A stretch of DNA of 64,000 nt. Origin: Candidatus Australimonas brisbanensis (GTDB lineage: Bacteria; Chloroflexota; Dehalococcoidia; Lucifugimonadales; Australimonadaceae). Below, piece after piece: positions 32,593 through 40,151 of the stretch. A model generated the notes under the pieces. It was given only the letters and a program-made list of their open reading frames with translations. It ran no database searches and was not told the DNA's origin. Position numbers and translations under genes: made by a program. Location: the NCBI GenBank assembly GCA_038147155.1, contig JAYQTA010000003.1, positions 90,838 to 154,837 on the forward strand, written 5' to 3'. How positions within the stretch are numbered: the stretch's first letter is position 1; every line of letters starts with the position of its first letter.

Positions 32593-34314
32593 CTAGAAGA
32601 CGCCGGGGTCGGTGTGGTCGCCCAGCTCATCGCGCAGCACCCCCATCACCTCGCCCTCGGTGGCGTGGGCCTCCACCGCGGCGATGACCAGGGGCATCAG
32701 GTTCTCGTTCGTGTGGGCCGCGGCACGCATCGCGTCCAATCGCGCGGCCACGGCGGCGGCGTCCCGGTGGTGGATCACCGCCTCCAGCTGGGCCAGCTGG
32801 CGCTGCTCCTCCGCCGGGTCGTGCTCGTACAGCTCCGGGGGCGCGTCGTCGTCGTCCTCCGGCACGTTCAGCCCGAGCACCTGGTAGTCCTTGCGCTCGA
32901 TGCGGTCCTGATATTCGAAGGCCGCCTGGGAAATCTCCCGCTCGATGACCCCGGACTCGATGGCCGCGAACATCCCCTCCACCATGGATCCGCCGCCCAT
33001 CTGCCGGATGCGCTCGATGATGGCCAGGGCCCCTGCCTCCACGTCCGAGGTGAGCTTCTCCACGAAGAAGGAGCCCCCCAGCGGGTCGATGGTGGAGGTG
33101 ACGCCCGTCTCCGTGGCGAGGATGCGTTGGGTGTTCAGCGAGAGGCGCATGGCGTGCTCGGAGGGGATGTCGTGCGCCTCGTCGTAGCCGGAGACGTGCA
33201 GCGACTGCGTGCCCCCCAGCACCGCCGAGAGCGCCTGGGTGGTCCCGCGCACCAAGTTGTTGAGCGCGCCCGCCCGTATCAGCGTCGAACCCAGCGTCTG
33301 CGTGTGGAAGCGGCAGAGCATGGCGCGCGGGTCGGTTGCCCCGAACTGCTCCCTGGTGATGCGCGCCCACAGCCGCCGTGCCGCGCGCAGCTTGGCCACC
33401 TCCTCGAAGAAGTCCATGTGGACGCCGAAGAAGAAGGAGAGGCGCGGGGCGAACCCGTTCACGTCCATCCCGCGGGCCACCCCCGCCTCCAGGTAGGCCA
33501 TGCCCTGGGCCAGGGTGAAGCCCAGCTCCTGCACGGCGGTGGAGCCCGCCTCGCGGGTGTGGTAACCGGAGATGGAGATGGTGTTCCAGCCCGGCACATG
33601 CCGGGTGCAGAACTCCACCACATCCATGGTCAGGCGGAACCCGCCGCGTGGGCCCAGCGCGTAGGTCTTCTGGCCGAAGAACTCCTTGAGCGCATCGTTC
33701 TGCACCGTCCCGCGCAGCCGCTCCCAGGGCACGCCCCGCTCCTTCGCGTGGGCCAGCAGCATGGAGAGGAGCACGATGGCCGGGTGGTTGATGGTGAGCG
33801 AGATGCTCACCTCATCCAGCGCTATCCCCTCGTACAGGTCCGCCATGTCCGCCAGCGTGTCGATGGCCACGCCCAACCGGCCCACCTCACCCTCCGCCAG
33901 GGGGTGGGCCGAGTCGTAGCCGGTGAGGGTGGGGTGGTCGAAGTCCGTGGACAGGCCCGTCTGGCCGTGGGCCAGCAGGTACTTGTAGCGCGCGTTGGTG
34001 GACTTGGCCGTGCCGAACCCGGCGATCTGCCGCCGGGTCCACTCGCGGCCCCGGTACATGGTGGGGTAGACCCCGCGGGTGAAGGGGTAGACGCCGGGCT
34101 CGCCCAGATCGTTCCCGTAGTCGAGCCCCGCCACGTCCTGGGGGGTGTAGAGGCGCTCCACCGGCAGGCCGGAGATGGTCTCGAACCGCTCGCGGGATTC
34201 GGGCGTGCGCTCCACCGTGCGCTTGAGGGGGCCGTGCTCCCACTCCTGGCGCCGGCGTCGCGCCTCATCCAGCCCCTTCTCGTCGTACAGGCTCACCGCT
34301 TCCTCCTGATACAC
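32593..34314 (-). CDS. acyl-CoA (methylmalonyl-CoA-type) mutase, catalytic large subunit
   Basis: 573 aa. FTRGVYPTMYRGREWTRRQIAGFG and TIQNDALKEF-like (TVQNDALKEF) signatures. Confidence 0.9.
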   Translation of the reverse strand: MYQEEAVSLYDEKGLDEARRRRQEWEHGPLKRTVERTPESRERFETISGLPVERLYTPQDVAGLDYGNDLGEPGVYPFTRGVYPTMYRGREWTRRQIAGFGTAKSTNARYKYLLAHGQTGLSTDFDHPTLTGYDSAHPLAEGEVGRLGVAIDTLADMADLYEGIALDEVSISLTINHPAIVLLSMLLAHAKERGVPWERLRGTVQNDALKEFFGQKTYALGPRGGFRLTMDVVEFCTRHVPGWNTISISGYHTREAGSTAVQELGFTLAQGMAYLEAGVARGMDVNGFAPRLSFFFGVHMDFFEEVAKLRAARRLWARITREQFGATDPRAMLCRFHTQTLGSTLIRAGALNNLVRGTTQALSAVLGGTQSLHVSGYDEAHDIPSEHAMRLSLNTQRILATETGVTSTIDPLGGSFFVEKLTSDVEAGALAIIERIRQMGGGSMVEGMFAAIESGVIEREISQAAFEYQDRIERKDYQVLGLNVPEDDDDAPPELYEHDPAEEQRQLAQLEAVIHHRDAAAVAARLDAMRAAAHTNENLMPLVIAAVEAHATEGEVMGVLRDELGDHTDPGVF

Positions 34315-34412
34315 GCTGGGGCCGCACCTGGGCCGGGGCGCAGGGGGCCCGACGATGGTAGCGCATCAGGATGTGGGGCGCACCAACGGTTTGTGAAGCC
34401 GCGCACATGCGG

Positions 34413-34442
34413 TTGAACCCGCCCGCGCCCTTCTTCTATACT
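34413..34442 (+). promoter_or_regulatory. candidate sigma-70 promoter (TTGAAC-18 nt-TATACT)
   Basis: TTGAAC at 34413..34418 and TATACT at 34437..34442, about 65 nt upstream of the aminotransferase start. Confidence 0.4.
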
Positions 34443-34505
34443 CTGAGGCAATGGCCGGGGGGCCCCGCCTCCCGTGCTTCCCACCCGTACCCACACCTGG
34501 AGGCG

Positions 34506-35615
34506 ATGATGGCCAACCTTCGGCTGCCCGGGCCGACCCCCGTACCCCCCGACGTCGTCGAGGCGATGACCAAGGACATGATCGACCACCGGGGGGTGGA
34601 GTTCGCAGCGCTGATCCGGCGCATCAACGAGAACCTGAAGACGGCCTTCGTCACCAAGAACGACGTGCTCGTCCTCACCTCCTCGGGCACCGGGGCCATG
34701 GAGGCCTCCATCGTCAACACCCTCTCGCCGGGGGACCGGGTGCTCGCCGTCACCGTGGGCAACTTCGGCGACCGCTACGCCAAGATCGCCGAGGCGTACG
34801 GAGCGTCGGTGAACGTGCTCAAGTTCCCGGACGGGGAGGCCGCCGACCCCGAGGCGATCCGCCAGGCGCTCAAGGATGACCCCGCCGTGAAGGCGGTGCT
34901 CGTCACCCACAACGAGACCTCCACGGGCATCACCAACGACCTGAAGACCATCGCCGGCATCGTCAAGGGCGAGTTCGACAAGCTGCTCCTGGTGGACGCC
35001 ATCTCCTCCCTCGGCTCCATCGAGCTGCCCATGGACGCGTGGGACCTGGACGTGGTGCTGGCCGGCTCGCAGAAGGGTTGGATGTGCCCGCCGGGCCTGG
35101 CGATGATCTCCTTCTCCGAGCGTGCGCTGAAGGCGGCGGAGACCTCCAAGATGCCGAAGTTCTACTTCTCAGTCGCGGAGGCTCGCAAGTCGCTCAAGAA
35201 CGGGCAGACGCCCTGGACCCCGGCCGTGTCCATCATGTATGGCCTCGACTTCGCCCTGCGCAAGATGCTGGACGGGCGCGACATGCAGGCGGTCTACGCC
35301 TTCCACAAGGAGATCGCCGGCTACACCCGCGCCGGGCTGATTAAGATGGGCCTCAACCTGGTGGCCAAGAACGAGAAGCAGGCCTCCAACACGGTGACGG
35401 CCGCCTTCGTGCCCGAGGGCATCACCGACGAGGCGCTGCTGACCATGCTGCGCGAGCAGTACGACATCATCGCCGCCGAGGGCCGCGGCCTGCTGGCCGG
35501 GCGGGTATTCCGCATCGGCCACATGGGCTATGTGACCAAGGACGACATCGACGGCGTGTTCGCGGCGCTGCGCGAGGCGCTGCCCAATTTGGGCTTCACC
35601 CCGCCCGCCGCCTAG
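34506..35615 (+). CDS. class-V aminotransferase (serine-pyruvate / phosphoserine aminotransferase-like)
   Basis: Start trimmed to MMANLRLPGPTPVP after GGAGG. PLP lysine context AGSQKG. Confidence 0.85.
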   Translation: MMANLRLPGPTPVPPDVVEAMTKDMIDHRGVEFAALIRRINENLKTAFVTKNDVLVLTSSGTGAMEASIVNTLSPGDRVLAVTVGNFGDRYAKIAEAYGASVNVLKFPDGEAADPEAIRQALKDDPAVKAVLVTHNETSTGITNDLKTIAGIVKGEFDKLLLVDAISSLGSIELPMDAWDLDVVLAGSQKGWMCPPGLAMISFSERALKAAETSKMPKFYFSVAEARKSLKNGQTPWTPAVSIMYGLDFALRKMLDGRDMQAVYAFHKEIAGYTRAGLIKMGLNLVAKNEKQASNTVTAAFVPEGITDEALLTMLREQYDIIAAEGRGLLAGRVFRIGHMGYVTKDDIDGVFAALREALPNLGFTPPAA

Positions 35616-35679
35616 ACCTGACGGCACCAACGGGCCCCGCCACCTGGCGGGGCCCGCACTCTTCGCAGGGAGCAACTCC

Positions 35680-37263
35680 ATGGCGCGCATCCTCGTGTCC
35701 GACCCCATCGACCAGGCCGGTATCGACCGGCTCAAGGCTGCCGGGCACGACGTGGATGTGAAGACCGGCCTCAAGCCGGAGGAATTGGAGTCCATCATCG
35801 GTGGGTACGACGCCCTGGTGGTGCGCTCCGAGACCAAGGTCACGGCAGCCGTCCTGGCCAGGGCCGCTGGCCTGCAGGTGGTGGGTCGCGCCGGGGTGGG
35901 TGTGGACAACATCGACCTGGACGCCGCCACCGCCAAGGGCGTGGCCGTGGTCAACGCCCCCACGGGCAACACCCTGGCCGCCGCCGAACACGCCTTCGCG
36001 CTGATGATGGCGCTCTCGCGCAACATCCCCGCGGCCGATGCCTCCATGCGCCGGGGCGAGTGGACGCGGGGCAAGTTCACGGGCGTTGAGCTGCGCAACA
36101 AGACCCTGGGCGTCATCGGCCTGGGCAAGGTGGGCTCCGAGGTTGCCCGGCGCGCCGTCGCCTTCCAGATGAAGGTGCTGGCCTTCGACCCTTACGTCTC
36201 CAAGGACCTGGCCGCCTCCATCGGCGCCGAGGTGGTGGAGATGGATCGGCTGCTGGCCGGGTCGGATTACATCACGATCCACACCCCGCTGGCCCCCGGC
36301 GCCAAGGCGCTGATCGGGGCACCGGAGTTCCCCAAGCTCAAGAAGGGCGTGCGCATCATCAACGCGGCGCGTGGCGGTCTGGTGGACGAGGGGCTGCTCA
36401 AGGCGGCGCTGGAGTCCGGCGCCGTGGCGGGCGCAGGGCTGGACGTGTTCACCTCCGAGCCCCTCAAGGACCACTCCCTCCTGGACGCCCCGCACCTGGT
36501 GGTCACTCCGCACCTGGGGGCCTCCACCGAGGAGGCGCAGGTGGAGGTGGCCAAGGAGGTGGTGGAGCAGGTGCTCGCCATCCTGCGCGGCGAGGCGGCA
36601 CAGTACACCATCAACGTGCCCTTCGTGCCCGCCGGGGTGCGCGCGGCGCTTGCCCCGTTCATCCCCGTGGCCTCGGCCATGGGCCGCATCGCCATCCAGC
36701 TCGCCGAGGGCCAGCTGGAGTCGGTGACGCTGCGGGTGGCGGGGGAGATCGCCGAGTACGACGCGGGCATCCTGGCCTCCGCCGCGCTGGTGGGCGTGCT
36801 GGGCGCCGCGTCCGAGGTGAAGGTGAACCTCATCAACGCTCCCCGGTTCGCCAAGGAGCGCGGGCTCAACGTGGTGCAGGAGCGGGACCCGGATGGGGCA
36901 GGGCAGTACGTGAACCTGGTGGGCGTCGAGGTGAAGGCGGGCGGGCGCACGGCCTACGTCGCGGGCTCGACCGTCAACGGGCGCGTCCACCTGCTGCGCC
37001 TCAACGACTTCTTCCTCGACATGGAGCCCTCCGCCCCCTACATGCTCTTCACCTCCCAGACCGACCAGCCCGGCATGATCGGGAAGGTGGGCACCATCGC
37101 GGGGGCGCACGATAGGAACATCTCCTTCATGGAGGTGGGGCGCGATGCCCCGCGCGGCAAGGCGACCATGATCGTGGGCTTCGACGACCCGCTCACCGAG
37201 GCGATGCTGGCCGAGATCCGCGCCATCCCCGGCATGGTCAGCGTCACCGTCGTCACCCAGTAG
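35680..37263 (+). CDS. serA: D-3-phosphoglycerate dehydrogenase
   Basis: 527 aa. GVIGLGKVG NAD fold, catalytic R/E/H region, C-terminal ACT domain. Confidence 0.92.
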   Translation: MARILVSDPIDQAGIDRLKAAGHDVDVKTGLKPEELESIIGGYDALVVRSETKVTAAVLARAAGLQVVGRAGVGVDNIDLDAATAKGVAVVNAPTGNTLAAAEHAFALMMALSRNIPAADASMRRGEWTRGKFTGVELRNKTLGVIGLGKVGSEVARRAVAFQMKVLAFDPYVSKDLAASIGAEVVEMDRLLAGSDYITIHTPLAPGAKALIGAPEFPKLKKGVRIINAARGGLVDEGLLKAALESGAVAGAGLDVFTSEPLKDHSLLDAPHLVVTPHLGASTEEAQVEVAKEVVEQVLAILRGEAAQYTINVPFVPAGVRAALAPFIPVASAMGRIAIQLAEGQLESVTLRVAGEIAEYDAGILASAALVGVLGAASEVKVNLINAPRFAKERGLNVVQERDPDGAGQYVNLVGVEVKAGGRTAYVAGSTVNGRVHLLRLNDFFLDMEPSAPYMLFTSQTDQPGMIGKVGTIAGAHDRNISFMEVGRDAPRGKATMIVGFDDPLTEAMLAEIRAIPGMVSVTVVTQ

Positions 37264-37365
37264 CCGGTTCACCCGCCTCCCTGTTGTTCTCCTTGTTGGC
37301 TCAGGGGGTGCGTGCTACCATGCGGCGGTGATTCGTTCGGAAAATCACGAACCACCGAGGCGGCG

Positions 37366-38370
37366 ATGACCCCCACCCCCCCGCAGCACCAAGCCGGGCT
37401 GACCGCGGACACCGCGACGCTGCGCGAGCGGGCGCGCCGGGCCATCGCGGAGCAGCCCGCCAAGACGGTCACGGTGCTCTCCTGCCTGCTGGCCGCCCAC
37501 CATGAGTTGGGCTGGCTGCCCGCTGAGGCCCTGGACGAGGTCGCTCAGCGCATGGACACCTCGGCCAGCGCCGTCTGGTCCATCGCCTCTTTCTACCCCA
37601 ACTTCCGCTTCACCCCGCCCAACCGGCACGTGGTGGAGGTGTGCTGGGGCCCCACCTGCCACGTCATGGGCGCGCAGCCGTTGCTCCAGGGCCTGCTGAC
37701 CCACCTGGGGTTGGAGGGCGAGGGCGAGACGGATGACGGGGCCATCTCCCTCAAGTACAACCCGTGCCTGGGCGTGTGCCCGCACGGACCGGCCATGTCC
37801 TTCGACCACCAGCTGGCGGGGCGCGTCTCGCTGACCGAGGCTGAGCGGCGCATCGCGCTGCTGCGCGTGGCGGACGAGGAGGCAGCCAAGGAGGCCCGGC
37901 TGGGCGAGGAGTCGGAGCGCGAGGCCGCCGAGCGGCGCGAGCGCTCCTCCCGTGCGGCGGTGGACCGCAACGCGACCCGGGCGCGTGCCCAGCGCGAGGA
38001 CGCGGTGGCCTCGGCCATCGCCGACCTGTACGCGCCGCGTGAGTCCAAGGTGACCATGCCCGTTGACCGCGTGCCCGGTGAGAGCGCGCCCGTGGCGGAG
38101 GCCCCGAAGCCTGCTCTCCGTGAGGAGAGCGCCGAGGAGCGCGCCGCACGCGTCGCGAGCATCGAGGCGGCCATCGCGGGGCTGTCGGGCAAGCCTGCCG
38201 CCGAGGCGCCCGCCAACGAGGCCGTCGCGGAGCCGGAGGCGAAACCCGCTGCCACGGCCAAGGCGAAGCCCGTTAAGGCCAAGGCGGCGCCCGAGAAGTG
38301 GGCCGCCAAGAAGCCCGCGAAGAAGCCGGCCAAGAAGAAGAACGCCAAAGGCGATGGGGGTAAGGCGTGA
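37366..38370 (+). CDS. NuoE-like [2Fe-2S] subunit with long charged / Lys-Ala-Pro-rich C-terminal extension
   Basis: CWGPTC...CLGVC Cys ligands. Start at ATG 37366 after GAGG. The last roughly 165 aa are low complexity, ending AKKPAKKPAKKKNAKG. Confidence 0.8.
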   Translation: MTPTPPQHQAGLTADTATLRERARRAIAEQPAKTVTVLSCLLAAHHELGWLPAEALDEVAQRMDTSASAVWSIASFYPNFRFTPPNRHVVEVCWGPTCHVMGAQPLLQGLLTHLGLEGEGETDDGAISLKYNPCLGVCPHGPAMSFDHQLAGRVSLTEAERRIALLRVADEEAAKEARLGEESEREAAERRERSSRAAVDRNATRARAQREDAVASAIADLYAPRESKVTMPVDRVPGESAPVAEAPKPALREESAEERAARVASIEAAIAGLSGKPAAEAPANEAVAEPEAKPAATAKAKPVKAKAAPEKWAAKKPAKKPAKKKNAKGDGGKA

Positions 38371-40148
38371 GCGAGGCGTACGAGGCGCTCTCCCAGCGCG
38401 CCGCTGACCATGTGGCCGATCTCGCCGCGCGCCCGTGGGTGCGGGTGGGCACGGGACTCATGGGCCTGGCATCCGGTGCGCGCGATACGCTGGGCGCGCT
38501 GCGGCACGACATCGCCCGCACCGGTGTGGACGCGACCATCTCCGAGGTGGGCACCCTGGGCCTGTGCTACGCCGAGCCCCTGGTGGACATCCAGGCGCCC
38601 GGCGGCCCGCGCGTGCTCTACGGCAACGTGGGCCCGGAGGACGTGCCGGAACTGGTGGCTGAACACGTGACGGGCGGACGGCCCGTCGCCTCGCGGGCGC
38701 TGGCGGTGATCGAGGGCGCCGTGCCCGGCGTCCCCGCCCTGGACGACCTGCCCATGATGGTGAAGCAGGTGCGGGTGGCGCTGCGCAACGCGGGCCATAT
38801 CGACCCCTCGGACATCCTCCAGTACATCGCTCGTGGCGGCTACGCGGGGCTCGACCGGGCCCTGGGCATGGAGCGCACCGCCCTGGTGGACGAGGTGAAG
38901 CGCTCCAACCTGCGTGGGCGGGGCGGAGCCGCCTTCTCCACGGGCACCAAGTGGAGCTTCCTTGCGGGCAACCCCTCGCCGGTCAAGTACATCCTGTGCA
39001 ACTGCGAGGAGGGCGACCCGGGCGCCTTCAACGACAAGACCATCCTGGACTCGGACCCCTACACCCTGGTGGAGGGGTGCACCATCGCGGGCTTCGCCTG
39101 CGGGGCATCCAATGGCATCGTCTTCATCCGCGACGGCCACGAGGCGCCCATCGAGCGCACCCGCGCGGCGATCGAGGCGGCCTACGAGCACGGCCTGCTG
39201 GGGGAGGACATCCTCGGCTCCGGCTTCACCTTCCACATGGAGGTGGCCCTGGTGGGCGAGTCGTACGTGGCGGGTGAGGAGACGGCGCTGATGGAGGCCA
39301 TCGAGGGCCGCCGCTCCATGCCCCGCTTCCGTCCGCCCTTCCCTGCGGCCTACGGCGTGTGGGGCAAGCCCTCCAACATCAACAACATCAAGACGCTCTC
39401 TTACGCACCGGAGATCGTGCGCCGGGGGGCCGACTGGTTCCTGTCCATCGGCACCGAGAAGTCGCCCGGCACCGCCATCGCGTGCCTCTCGGGCGACATC
39501 CGCTACCCCGGGCTGGTGGAGGTGCCCTTCGGCCTGACCATGCGTCAGGTGGTGGAGGAGCTGGGCGGCGGGGACCCGGACGGCCGGCCCATCAAGTTCC
39601 TTCAGACGGGCGGGCCCCTGGGAGGGGTGCTGCCGGCGGACCAGCTGGACATCGTCCTGGACTTCGATGCCATGGTGGCGGCGGGGGCCATGTTCGGCTC
39701 CGGCGGGCTCATCGTGTGCAACGAGGGGCGTTCGGTGGTGGACCTGATCCGCGTGCTGGTGGCCTTCGACCAGCTGGAGTCGTGCGGCAAGTGCTTCCCG
39801 TGCCGGTTGGGTTCTTCCCACCTGCTGGAGGTGCTGGAGCGGCTGTGCGCCGGGGAGGGGCGTCCGGGTGACTGGGCGCTGATGGAGCGGGTGGGCAACA
39901 ACATGCGCGCCGGTTCCCTGTGCGGCCACGGGCAGCTGGGCTACAACCCGGTGGCCTCGGCGCTGCGCTTCTTCAAGGAGGAGTTCGAGGCGCAGGCCTC
40001 TGGCCAGGGGCCCATCCCCATCGGCCGGTTCGTGGGCCCGCGCAACACCCGCCGGGGCGCGCAGCTGGAGGGCGAGACGCCCACCGCCGCCGTCAGGGCT
40101 GACTTCGTGGCTCGTCCGCGCCCCATCGGCGCTGGCGCGGGGGAGTAG
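38367..40148 (+). CDS. NuoF-like NAD(H)/FMN-binding, [4Fe-4S] subunit with N-terminal thioredoxin-like domain
   Basis: GRGGAAFSTGTKW, FMN/NADH glycine loops and ESCGKCFPCR cluster motif. GTG start overlaps the upstream stop. Confidence 0.88.
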   Translation: MSEAYEALSQRAADHVADLAARPWVRVGTGLMGLASGARDTLGALRHDIARTGVDATISEVGTLGLCYAEPLVDIQAPGGPRVLYGNVGPEDVPELVAEHVTGGRPVASRALAVIEGAVPGVPALDDLPMMVKQVRVALRNAGHIDPSDILQYIARGGYAGLDRALGMERTALVDEVKRSNLRGRGGAAFSTGTKWSFLAGNPSPVKYILCNCEEGDPGAFNDKTILDSDPYTLVEGCTIAGFACGASNGIVFIRDGHEAPIERTRAAIEAAYEHGLLGEDILGSGFTFHMEVALVGESYVAGEETALMEAIEGRRSMPRFRPPFPAAYGVWGKPSNINNIKTLSYAPEIVRRGADWFLSIGTEKSPGTAIACLSGDIRYPGLVEVPFGLTMRQVVEELGGGDPDGRPIKFLQTGGPLGGVLPADQLDIVLDFDAMVAAGAMFGSGGLIVCNEGRSVVDLIRVLVAFDQLESCGKCFPCRLGSSHLLEVLERLCAGEGRPGDWALMERVGNNMRAGSLCGHGQLGYNPVASALRFFKEEFEAQASGQGPIPIGRFVGPRNTRRGAQLEGETPTAAVRADFVARPRPIGAGAGE

Positions 40149-40151
40149 ACT

